A stretch of DNA of 64,000 bases, from positions 98,518,001 through 98,582,000 of the forward strand of contig OX597822.1 in NCBI GenBank assembly GCA_951406725.2, given 5' to 3'. This document shows positions 52,040 to 64,000 of the stretch, in pieces. The stretch's first letter is position 1; every line of letters starts with the position of its first letter. The notes below the pieces were generated by a model. The model saw only the letters and a list, made by a program, of their open reading frames with translations, was not told the origin of the DNA and made no database searches. Both the position numbers and the translations under genes were made by a program. This DNA is from Octopus vulgaris (lineage: Eukaryota).

Positions 52040-52430
52040 CTCTTTACTCTTTTACTTGTTTCAGTCATTTGACTGCGGCCATGCTGGAGCACCGCCTTTA
52101 GTCGAGCAAATCGACCCCAGGACTTATTCTTTGTAAGCTCAGTACTTATTCTATCGGTCTCTTTTGCCGAACCGCTAAGAGACGGGGACGTAAACGCACC
52201 AGCATCGGTTGTCAGGCAATGCTAGGGGGACAAATACAGACACACAAACATATACACACACACTTATATATATATATACATATATACGACAGGCTTCTTT
52301 CAGTTTCCGTCTACCAAATCCACTCACAAGGCATTGGTCGGCCCGGGGCTATAGCAGAAGACACTTGCCCAAGATGCCACGCAGTGAGACTGAACCTGGA
52401 ATCATGTGGTTGGTTAGCAAGCTACTTACC
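52040..52430 (-). mobile_element. SINE type C
   Basis: Matches the other type C copies; the first bases of the head are missing. Confidence 0.9.
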
Positions 52431-54239
52431 ACTTATGCTTGTGTTTTTTTAGTAACTGCAATAAGCCAGTGGACGGACGACCCGAGAGGTGCAGATGTTG
52501 CCACGGTTTGATATAGATTAGGTTTGGATGTGAAAAATGATATCAGCTGTGTTCGGAATATGAGGTTGTGGGGAACAAACAAAGGTTATATAGAGCCTTA
52601 AGGATTGTGAAAAGATTCGGTTTCTTCGTTGGCAACATGAATATGGGATATAATCTACCAGGGACTGTGAATGTTAAGGTCATTAAGAACGAAGGATACA
52701 GGTAAATATGAAGTGACATATATGTGCTGAAAACGGAAGGGCTTACAATAACTATGTTGCTGAGGATTTGGACAATTCAGTGAGCGGTAAAAAAGCAGTG
52801 AGTGATAGGGATAGACGTTGAACCTGAAAGTTACTGCTGTCGATATTCAAGTGAGTGAAGTGACGGGCATAGAAAGCGGAATCTATTTAAGGAATATACG
52901 TGGTGAAATTTGAATGGAGGATTTTTCGAACAGAGGAAATGATTATTGCTAGGCGATTAGAAACTTGTATCCCGGAGAAGAATGAGTTGCAAGGTTTCTG
53001 TTTGAGTAAGAGATGATGGTAGCGATTTCGAGTGAAATAAAGACCACGTTTGTGAGCGAGGAGACTCAGAAACGAACTATCGAATTTTTGGCATGTTGAG
53101 GAGCGTAGTGATTAATGATCCACCAAAATATCACGGTATCCCTCAGGCCTGGGTTAAAATACCAGTGACGGATAAAACTACACGAAAATACCTATTGTGT
53201 TGTACTGATGTAAAACCTGTGGGTATTATGTGCCTCTTACTCAGGAAAAAAGATGGGAAACCTGTACGTCATATGAAATGAAACTTTCAGAGTAGAGAAA
53301 TAACGGCGCCCGAAAGACCGACCTGCATTTTAAAGCAGTAGCAGCAGTAGGGGTATTAAGTTGTGGTAGCGCTGGAGTAGAATGGAAAGGAGATGAGGTG
53401 GAGAAAAGCAAGGAATAGAATGAATAACAGTAGGAGAAGAAGCTATAATGGACTGTAGTAAATATATGTTTGATTTTTCAATGCAAGGAAATGTTTGTGC
53501 CAATAACTGACATTCTGATTTCTCTAAAGACAGACAGGTCACTCCTCAGGTCACCACAACAAATTATTAGATGTTGATCTTTGCTGATACTGCTGGCGAT
53601 GCCTTTACTGTTCTTGTTCCTGTTCCTGTCAGAGTAGCTGTTCAACTTTATTCACCTATTGTGCTATAGCAGAAGACTAAGCCAAGAATTCACCAAATTA
53701 TCATTACATCAAGTCTCCAGTTATGTAGTTACGTTTATCGTACACGCGCATATTGTTCACAATAATATTGTTGTCTGGTAATAAATCTACCTGTTTACTT
53801 TTTTATTATAGATTTGTATTTGCCAGAAGCTTAAGTTCTCTTTTCGAGCGTAAAATATAATTGGACATCGGTATGACATTCAATTTCAGAAATTGTCTTG
53901 CTTGAAATCTATTTTATGCACAAATAGAACAGAACGTTTGTTTGTAGTGTAATGGCGATTATGTAATATTTAATATGCTCCTTCATTCAATATTTGTTTA
54001 GCAATAAACGAGAAAATATGTTTGCGATACAAATGGCTTTAAATATTTTCTAACTTCTTTACGTATGCATACAAACATATGTGTGTATGTATGTATATAT
54101 ATATGTAGTTATACACACACATGTAAATATATACACAGATTTATATATAATTTATATATACATACATTGCGAATATTTGTATATGTGTATGGAAGTATTG
54201 TGTATGTATATGTATATATAACAGAACACAAAGGCGGTT

Positions 54240-57200
54240 TAAAACTTTCGAGAGCTGTTTTGGTAGAATAAATCTAAAACTTGTGAGTTTGGGGTATTGC
54301 ATGATGAGCTCATTAAAAACAGAATTGTCTGTGGAATTCTTAGTGATAGTCTCAGAATGTGGTTGTTGAGAGAACATGATCTTGATTTGGAAAAAAAACA
54401 GTACAGATGTGTAGAGCTACAGAAATCAGTGCACTGCAATTGAAATTTCTTAATGATGAACAGTTAACCACATCTAAAGAAATTAATACCATGAATGCCA
54501 GTAGGGGCCCAAGAAGAAAGTATGAAACTAAAAGTAGCACAAAAGAATATTATCAGTGTACACAGTGTGGTTAAATACATGCTAAAGACAAGTGTACTGC
54601 TGCAGGAAAATTTTGTGACACATGCAGCGGGAAACATCATTTTGCCAGTATGCGTAAAACTAGAATATCATCTGGGTATGATAGACAAGACACTAGAGAA
54701 AGTAAACAAAAAATGTTCACACTGTTGACAATTCTTAAGAAACTGAAAGATTTGAAGAATTATTTATGGGACTACGACTAACGATAAAGATAATGAAGAC
54801 TGGTATGAGACTTTATTAATCAGAAAGAAACCAGTGAAAGCCAAACTGGCTACAGGTGCAAAGTACAATATCATTTCCAAATCAATGTTCGAGAGTTTGA
54901 ATTTGAAGAATACGGAACTGTCAATATCAAGAGTGAAACCTGTGTCATACTTCGAAGAAAAGCGATTCCCGCTGGGTCAGATAGAACTATTAGTATCAAG
55001 TTAAATCAGAATGAAGTACTTTTCCAGGTTGTGGAGGAAAACCACCCAAGTATACTGGGAAGAAAAAGCTGTGAGAAATAAAAGTTGGTACAGCGAGTTC
55101 ACAACATTCAGAAAGTGAATGGAGACATACGAGGAGAATATCCAGAGCAGGTCAAAGGACTCGGATGCATGACGGGAGAACGCCACATAGTATTAGTGGA
55201 CAAAATCACACCCGTGATACACAAGCCGAGAAAAGTGCTTGCTGCTTTGATTGACTAAATATAAGTAGAATTTGATTGAATAACCAAGCTTGGAGTTGTC
55301 GTCAAAGAAACTCAATCCACAAACTAGATTAATATCATGGTGACAATAGTGAAACCAAACAAGATAAGGATCTGTATAAACCCAAAAGATCTCAATCGTG
55401 CAATAAAAAGAGAACATTATCCCATGAGAACTGTTGAGAAATTATATCACGATTGGCAGATGCCAAGTTCTTCACTCTTCTTGAAGCGGAGTCTGGATTT
55501 TGGCAGATGCAACATGGTGAAAGCAGTTCCACGTTGTGTACCTTCAATACCCCGTTCGGTAGAAACCGATTCGCTCGACTACCTTTCGGAGTGACGTCGG
55601 TGCCGGAGGCATTTCAGGGCACAGTGTCACAGAACTTAGAAGGTTTATCGGGAACAGAATATGTTGTGGATGACATTTTAGTGTGAGGTACAGGTGTCAA
55701 ACAACGTGATGAAAGACTGCATACCGTTCTGAACAGAATACAGTCAACTGAATGCAAAGAAATTCAAGCTGAGAATGACGGAGCTCGCATATATAGAGCA
55801 TTTTCTCACTGACAAGTGACGGAAGCTAGATCTTGAAAAGGAGAAAGCTATCCAAGAAACGCCGGAGCCTGATAGCAGAACAGATTTAATGAGATTACTC
55901 GGTATTATACAGTATCAGGGGAAAGTCCATGCCAAATCTCTCCAGTGAAACTGCAGATCTACGAATTATTGCCGAAGGAGAGTGCATGACCCTGAGAAAA
56001 AAAGAAGCGAACATGTTTCAAGAATTTGAAACAATGAGTGACAGTACTATAGTAATTTGAAGTTACAAGGACAGGGCTAGGAGCAGTGTTGATGCAATCT
56101 GACAAGCCAGTAGTGTTCGTTTCGAGGTCACTGACAAATGAGTAAAACAAGTATGCATAGACTGAGAAAAAGATGCTCGGTATCCTACATGGATGTAAGA
56201 CATTTCATCGGTACATTTACGGGAAAACAGTTCGAGTAGAAACTGATCATACGCCCCTTGGAATCACACTTCAGAAATCCTTGTGTAGACCTCCTCAGAG
56301 GTTGCAGAGAATGTTGCTGCATCTACAGAAATATGATCTTCAAGTTATCTATAGACCCAGAAAAGAACTGGTTGTTACAGATGCCTTGAACAGGGTATAT
56401 CTTCAAGCCAGTAATGATTGGTTTGGTGAAACCGAATATGATGTCGACCTAAAATCACAACTGCTGCTGACCTCAGAAAAGTTGAGCTAATTCAGGATTA
56501 TCACAGCGAATGACCCAGACTGCAATAGCTGAAATCAATGATTCTGTGCGGATGGCCAGAAAACAGAAATGATGTTCTAGCAAGTGCGAGAGACTACTGG
56601 AATATTCGAGATGAATTGACTGTTGTTGATCTCGTCTTCAAAGCTGACAAAATTGTAGTTCCTGCAACTCTACAAACAGAAATGTTGAACAGAATTCATG
56701 ATATTCATTTCAGCGTGACGAAGTGCATACTCAGAGCCAAAGATGTTATCTTCTGGCTAAGAATGACTGTACAAATTGAAGAATTAGTATCACGGTGCTC
56801 TGTGTGCAACGACAACTGAAAGAGTAATCCGGAACAGCCGTTGAAGGGCCATGAAATTCCTGATCGACCATGGGCCAAAGTCTGAAGCGACTTGTTTGTG
56901 TACAAGAACAATGACTATCTAGTGTGTGTGTGGACTGTTTCTCAAAGTACCCTGAAATTGTGAATTTGTCTGACCTATCAAATAAAACGACCATCACAGG
57001 AGTGAAATCTGTCTTTGGCAGACGCAGCATCCCAGATGAGCACATGACAGATAAGAGACCGCAGTTTACGAATGCAGAGTTCCCTAACTTTGGTCAGGAA
57101 TGGATCTTCAGACACGCAACATCCAGTCCGACATACTCAAAATCAAACGGTCAAGCTGGATGTACAGTTCAGTTAGTAAAAATCTGCTCAAGAAAACAGA

Positions 57201-57560
57201 ATCTAGTGACTGAGATGACCACTTAAGTACAGAAATACATTGGTTGATATGATCAAACTATCACCAGCTCAAATGCTAATGAGTCGCTTACTTGTATCCG
57301 GTGCCTTGCTGGAACCTCAGGTACAGGACCAGAAACAGCTACATGATCAGCTGAAAGCTTGTCAAGACCAACAAAAGTACTAATACGACAGAAGTAGAAG
57401 AGAGTTGCCTCCTTTGACTCCCGGAATGCAAGTCAAGATTCAAGAAAAGCAGTCATGGCTGCCTGGGGTTTTCTAATCAGATGGAGGACAGTATCAACGA
57501 AATCGCGGACAGCTGTTGACAGTCGCTGAGAATCCAACAGTTCAGCCAAATGGAGAATGT
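54240..57560 (+). pseudogene. Decayed Gypsy gag-pol (gag end, protease, RT, RNase H, integrase)
   Basis: CEFG..DELIKNRIVCGI, CCHC knuckles, KLATGAK.NII, IRICINPKDLNRAIKREHYPM, SGFWQ..CTFNTPFGR..LPFG, YVVDDILV, TDHTPL, H..CSVC, VDCFSKYPE and SNGQA. Order RT-RH-IN. No LTRs identified. Confidence 0.9.
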
Positions 57561-57574
57561 GAAGAGACTATGAA

Positions 57575-58214
57575 TTGTGATAAGGAAACCATGATGGTCC
57601 CATGGAGGATATTCGTCTTCAACCACCTGGACTACTGCTCCCAGCTATGGACACCCAACAGGTTAATATTAACAGCGGACCTTGAAGCAATCTAGCTTAG
57701 CTTCACAAAGAAAATCGTCTCTTTGCAACAGCTCAGCTACTGGGATAAGCTGAAACAGTTAAAACTCTACTCTCTGGAGCGAAGGCGGGAGAGGTATGCA
57801 GTAATATACATCTGGAAGATCCTGGAAGGAATTGTGCCAAATTTTGGTATCGAAAGCTACGCCAATGCCAGAACGAGTCGACACTGCACAGTCCCATAGA
57901 CCCCAGCAATGCCATCGCGTTTAAGTACCAGTTGCTGTAGCAGCATATGTTTCAGAGTCCCACAGCTTTTTAATATACTTCCAAAGAACCTAAGGAACCT
58001 GCACAAAGTAGATGTAGGCGTTTTAAAATCAAGGCTGGACCTCTTCCTGTCGAGAGTCCCAGACGAACCTACCTCACGGCAATAGGTGCAAATGAGGGTG
58101 GCTACATCAAACTCCATTCTACACCAAGTGCCACATATTAAGAGGAGGATCTCAATAATAACAGTATAGCAAAACGGAGGTGCTCCAGAATGGCCACAGC
58201 TCTAAGCTGAAACT

Positions 58215-58220
<6 letters not shown>
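57575..58220 (+). mobile_element. CR1/Jockey-group LINE 3' fragment with intact 3' tail
   Basis: HLDYCSQLWTP, SFTKKI, SYWDKLKQLKLYSLERRRERYAVIYIWKILEG. Tail GGAGGTGCTCCAGAATGGCCACAGCTCTAAGCTGAAAC, then (TA)n. Confidence 0.85.
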
Positions 58221-58297
<77 letters not shown>

Positions 58298-59711
58298 AAT
58301 AAGAGTCTGATATTTTATTAATAACATTGCTGACAGAAATGTTGTGAGAGAAGGTGATGAAAAAAATATTACTATTCCTAAAATCTCTTATCAAGCAATA
58401 ATTCACATGTCCCTTAGGAATAGTGGTACATGTAATATACAAAAGCGTTTTTTCCAAGCTGATATCAGCGGATACTATCCTGTTTCTAAAAAGCAAATTC
58501 TTTTATCAGCTCCCAACATTGCAAATTCTACCACGCCTGTCAAACATACCAGCATTGGCATTATTTTACATGAAAGAATATCGATTGCATTCCACGATGA
58601 TTCTCTGTGGATCAGAATCAAATTCAACATAATCATATGAGCGAAAGTTTCGACTGAAATATCTATACCGAACGCTATATTGAATGTAACTTTCTCTTGT
58701 CCTTAATTTCCCGTAGAAAGTAAAGATGACGGCTAGTTATGAGCATATTATAACTGTTGGTAGTAATTAAAAGTCACAATCTTCTAACTAATCCTTAAAA
58801 TGTAATCATGATTTAGTTAGACGCATCTTCGTAAAATTAACGTTTTATTTTCTAATAAGCTGAAACATTGAAATAGAGGTAAGGTAAAACTCATCTCTAA
58901 AGTAGCTTTAAAACATAAAAGAACTCGCAGATGTAGTGTAGTATAACTTGCCCCCTAATTTACAACACCAAACTTTGTAATTATCATACGAAAGAAAATA
59001 TTTCGTGGAACATAAATTTCTAAACCAAGTCAGTATATAAATAAATTGTTGTGACCCCCCTTCGTTCATGAATGACAATGGGATTACATCTAGAATGTTA
59101 TCCTCCGAGGCACAAGTCTGGGCACGGTTGTTTATGGAAGACCAGTAGTCGCCCATGCATTCCAGCCTCCCCTCTCCATCTAGTTCTATCATGCTGTTTA
59201 TCTGGACAGAAATAAAAAAAACGCTCATTCTAATGACAAATAAGAAATTCTAGCTTTTCAAAAGTAAGTCCGCATAAAAATCAGTCAAAAATACAACTCA
59301 GTACCATACGAAAAGCCCCTTATTACCAAACGTTTGTTACTCCATCCACACTTTCAACATGTCTCATCATGAGGCCCTTCAAGTATTTAGAACGCAATAA
59401 TGCTTTAAACTCACTATATCCCGAAAAGCGCATTAATATATTTTGTATAATTTCACGAAATATACCTCCTTGTCACTTTTGTTTGGATTATGTAAGAACT
59501 ATAATACATTGCAGTATTTTTCAGCTGCATAAACCAAAACTAATTCCCTACAACTAAGGTATCATATTGACTTCTATCAACTATGCTCATTATGAACAAA
59601 GATATTTCTACGTCCATGAATTCTGTAATCAGAACATTTTCCCAAAACAGTGCTTCTGACTTTTATGCACACTCAATACTTTGCTCATATACTATGTAGC
59701 TACAGCAGTTA

Positions 59712-60173
<462 letters not shown>

Positions 60174-60339
60174 AGAGGTGTTAGAACGCCTTGTGATATT
60201 TTCTCCATCGTTTCAAGTTCAACCGATACTTTCCTTGATACTGTGATCAATAAAATAAAATATCAATCAAGTACTGGAGTCGATAAAATCGACAAATTAC
60301 CCTCCTCAGAATTACTAGCTTTGACATCAAGTTATCATC

Positions 60340-61265
60340 ATAAGCGTCGTCACTATTCAACATTTGATAGTTTCAGGTAAATTTCACCTGCATCATCTGT
60401 TACCCCTCCGTGCTGCTGGGGTGAGTGCGGTATTGTATATTCTTTTTTGTTTTGTTGGGGAAGTACAAACTCCTCCCGATTTTCGATTGCATTAGTTACC
60501 TTTGTTATTGGATCTAGTTGCAGTCTTTTGTTGTATTAGTGTTTGTATTGCGTATTGTAGGTCTAATGTGAGTTGTGTTCTTCTGTTGGGTGGAGGCGCA
60601 ATGGCCCAGTGGTTAGGGCAGCGGACTCGCGGTCATAGGATCGCGGTTTCGATTCCCAGAGCAGGCGTTGTGAGTGTTTATTGAGCGAAAACACCTAAAG
60701 CTCCACGAGGCTCCGGCAGGGGATTGTGGTGATCCCTGCTGTACTCTTTCACCACACTTTCTTTCACTCTTACTTCCTGTTTCTGTTGTACCTGTATTTC
60801 AAGGGGCCGGCCTTGTCACTCTCTGTGTGACGCTGAATATCCCTGAGAACTACGTTAAGGGTACACGCGTCTGTGGAGTGCTCAGCCACTTACACGTTAA
60901 TTTCACGAGCAGGCTATTCCGTTGATTCGGATCAACCGGAACCCTCATCGTCGTAACCGACGGAGTGCTTCCATTGTGTATTGTAGGTCTAATGTGAGTT
61001 GTGTTCTTCTGTTGGGTATCTGGCCTGTAGTGTATATGTCCTGGTGGCTGTTTATTTTATTTGATAGAGTATGTCTTGTATTTGTGATTTGTTTTGTTTG
61101 AGTTTATTATTGAATTGAAAGTGATTGGTGTAGGATGTAGACTGTTCGTAGCAGGGCTGTTTTTTTTTTTATAGTCAGTAGTGTTGAGTGTCCAGGTACA
61201 GTTTCTACGTGTTTTGTTCAATTGCTTTTTATCATACCCAGCGCTTTCAATTATTATTGTTTTAA
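60340..61265 (-). mobile_element. Probable decayed R4/Dong-like 3' fragment, interrupted by a SINE
   Basis: Minus-strand KTIII..ALGMIK..PG-like remnant at ~61180-61265. Long CA-rich 3' UTR. Confidence 0.45.
60591..60972 (+). mobile_element. SINE type B with 44-bp flanking direct repeat
   Basis: 60547-60590 is repeated at 60973-61016 with one mismatch. Confidence 0.9.
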
Positions 61266-61389
61266 CCTTCATGCCTATTATTATTAATAGTATTTTGGTT
61301 GTTGTTGCTGCTGCTGTCTTTCTTCTTCTTCCAATCATGACTCACGCCATTAGTCACAAAGAATAATCTCTAATTCGAGCCTACTCTAA

Positions 61390-61805
61390 GCTACTAAGAA
61401 TGCGTGTGGCAATTTGAAGATCCACCCACCACACGCGATAGACTGGCAGTTGCACGGGCGCGAAAGCTGCGTTGTTATCCTCATTCCATAAATGGTGGCT
61501 TTTAACGGGTGGAGAGCTGAATCATTCTGGGGTACAGAGGATTCGCAATCTAGACTAGGGTCTGAAAGTTTACCACACCATATTGGGTAACAGCATGGTT
61601 CCTCTGTTTTGTGTCAGAAGTAAGAAGAGTGAGACAAAGTTGTAGTGAAAGAGTACAGCGGGGTTCACTACCCCTTCCTGCCGGAGCCTCGTGGAGCTTA
61701 GGTGTTTTTGCTCAATAAACACTCACAATGCTTGGTCTGGGAATCGAAACCGCGTTCATACGACCGCGAGTCCGCTGCCCTAACTCCTGGGCCATTGCGC
61801 CTCCA
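61390..61805 (-). mobile_element. Older SINE with type B head and another tail
   Basis: Type B head on minus at 61610-61805. The downstream 61390-61600 does not match the usual type B tail. Confidence 0.65.
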
Positions 61806-62151
61806 CTGCTGATGCTGTTGTTATTATTGCTGTGAGATTCTCACAGTTCTTTACCAGTCGGGCAATGCCTAAAGAGGACTTGAATTTTAACTTTGGCATC
61901 ATACAGAGACGGTGCACTCGGGTAAAATTAGTCGACCATGAGAATCAAGTGGCGAGTTCGATCTAGGGAAATTTTCGGGCTGCGAATTGTGACTATTTCT
62001 AAGAAGGCCATGGCCTGGCATTGCAAGCATTGTCGTTTAAGCTTTTCAGAGAAACCCATTATATTCGAAAATGCTGTAGGATGGTCCTGTCAAAGATGCG
62101 CGCAGGGGGACCTAAATGCTCTGCACATTATCATTATTATCATTATTATTA

Positions 62152-62365
62152 AAGCGGCGAGCTGGCAAAATCGTTAGCACGCTGGGCAACATGCTTAGTG
62201 GCATTTCGTCCATTATTACATTCTGAGCTCAAATCTCGCCGAGGTCGTCTTTGCTTCTCATTATTTTGGGTACGATAAATTAAGTACCAGTGAAACACTG
62301 GGGTTCATATAATCGACTAGTTTCCTCTCTCGGAATTTCAGGCCTTGTGCCTATAGTAGACAGTA
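62152..62365 (+). mobile_element. SINE type A (older) with (ATT)n tail
   Basis: GCGGCGAGCTGGCAAAATCGTTAGCACG...TAAATTAAGTACCAG...GGCCTTGTGCCTATAGTAGA. Confidence 0.8.
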
Positions 62366-62454
62366 TTATTATTATTGTTGTTGTTGTTGTTGTCTTTGTT
62401 GTTGTTGTCTTTGTTGTTGTTGTTGCCGCTGCTACTGCTGCTGTTGTTGTTGTC

Positions 62455-62522
<68 letters not shown>

Positions 62523-62552
62523 CATTATTATTATTATCATTATTATTATTAT

Positions 62553-62880
62553 TCTATGTTTGACATTTGCTTTACATTTGCACAAGCTGGCTCCAAGTCT
62601 CACCCAGAGACCTCATGAGACAACAAGTTGGAAGTTCATGTTGGTGTTATGCCTAGGGTGCCATATATTTGGTTTTGTATTTAGTGTTGTACTAGTGAAG
62701 GCCTAAAAAACCATACGAAAATTATGTTTGTTTTAAAACTTGAGATTACAAAGAAAGTATTTTGCGTAGGATATGAGCAGTTCCTATATAGCACTATCTT
62801 TTGAATTTCTGCTATTTTGGGGTTTCCTGGTATCTGAGTTAGGTAGCAATCAGCCCCTTTTGCTATCATTTCCAGGGCAC
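62553..62880 (-). mobile_element. R4/Dong-like LINE extreme 3' fragment in (TAA)n
   Basis: ALEMIAKGADCYLTQIPGNPKIAEIQKIVL / GTAHILRKIL. Both ends abut (ATT)n. Confidence 0.75.
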
Positions 62881-62881
62881 A

Positions 62882-62932
<51 letters not shown>

Positions 62933-63745
62933 GTTACTTCTCAGAACGTTCGGTTTTGTTTGTTCTGGCAGATTCTCAGAGCCTGCTGTTAGCGGTCTCA
63001 CAGGATCTCTTTGCGCATATTATAAGCTTTGATACTTGGTTGTTAATTATCGTTATTGTGGGAGACATTCAACATCCAAGTAGGAATCTCAAAATGCTAG
63101 CAGTCCCCAGCAGAACAGTTTTGTGGGTATGATCTGCTCTCATGTCAATTCCGATTTCTTTGACACATTTCTCGAAGTTGATTGTTACTACTCCGAGTGC
63201 CCCTACAACTACTGGAATGACAGCCACTCTTCGCATAGTCCGCATTCTTGCAATGTCGTCTTTTAATAGTCTGTACTTTTGAATTTTTTCTAGTTTTCTG
63301 TCACTTATACGTGCATGTCTAGGTATTGCAATATTTATGATCTTGGTTTCTTTTTCTTTTTCCTTTATTTAAACCAACAATATCTGGTCTCCGAACCTCG
63401 ATTAGGGAGTCACATTGGATTGTAAAATCCAACAGTATCATTTGTTCCTTGTTTACAGTGACTCATTCTGGTTCATTTTCGTACCAATTCCGTGGTCTGT
63501 TCAGGCAATATGTTTCACATGACCTCCAGTGGATGAACTTAGCCACGTTAGAATGCCTAATTTTGTAGTACTTTGGGGCCAGTTTCCTACACTCACTACA
63601 ATATGTGAGGTTGTTTCGATTCTGATGCTACACATCCAAAATAGGCGCGATTGGCTACTTTTATCTATTTGGAACTTGGTGTCATTAGTTCTCAGATTTT
63701 GTTCCTGGGCACTGCATATCAATGTCGCAGAGCATCCTTTCAGAT
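62933..63745 (-). mobile_element. R4/Dong-like LINE 3' fragment (CCHC + RLE) in (TAA)n
   Basis: ICSAQEQNLRTN..KFQID...MC...ETTSHIV, DFTIQCD.LIEVRRPDIV, VIPVVVGALG, KTVLLGTASILR. The 3' end runs into (TAA)n. Confidence 0.85.
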
Positions 63746-63891
63746 CACTTATTACTATTATTATTATTATTCAGTAGTTTTATTTTTATAGCGTGCTTTC
63801 ACTTCACTACCGAGCGCAGCTCTGTGTGCCTTGGGTATGTGCTGTGATTTGTTGTGATGCTCTAATGGTTATTGTATGGAAAGTGTTCTGC

Positions 63892-63892
<1 letters not shown>

Positions 63893-63950
<58 letters not shown>

Positions 63951-63952
63951 CA

Positions 63953-63995
<43 letters not shown>
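63893..63995. repeat. (ATT)n microsatellite
   Basis: Direct reading. Confidence 0.95.
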
Positions 63996-63996
<1 letters not shown>

Positions 63997-64000
63997 ACTT

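Noticed and set aside
51380-53800. Possible LTR-retrotransposon remnant or LTR of the downstream Gypsy
   Set aside because: Purine-rich bias and an AATAAA are suggestive, but no paired LTR, PBS or protein motif could be identified.

Overview
Repeat-saturated, AT-rich eukaryotic DNA. I found no host protein-coding gene or RNA gene, and most ORFs in the track are microsatellite or antisense artefacts. The tRNA-derived SINE families and dense (TA)n/(CA)n/(AG)n/(ATT)n microsatellites suggest an octopus/coleoid cephalopod genome (inference). Main contents: (1) a 13.2-kb head-to-tail array (3 full ~4,035-bp units plus one diverged partial unit) of a dead Penelope-like element (PLE) on the minus strand, missing most of its GIY-YIG endonuclease; (2) a separate PLE GIY-YIG 3' fragment; (3) two decayed Gypsy LTR elements; (4) CR1-like and R4/Dong-like (RLE) LINE fragments; (5) a decayed Tc1/mariner element and Helentron/Helitron-like miniatures; (6) about 30 SINE copies in four head/tail configurations; (7) a 1.7-kb tandem duplication. 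The most interesting signal is a set of ORF-less 200-500 bp elements embedded in (TA)n tracts. Five are long foldbacks (40-142 bp arms plus an unpaired tail). Several carry minimal hammerhead-ribozyme folds, some with non-canonical cores. Three divergent ones share a covarying stem / AAAY...GTA-RCA / GCCAT hairpin motif that lacks the hammerhead catalytic core and may be an undescribed structured RNA. All coordinates and translations were read by eye and boundaries are approximate.
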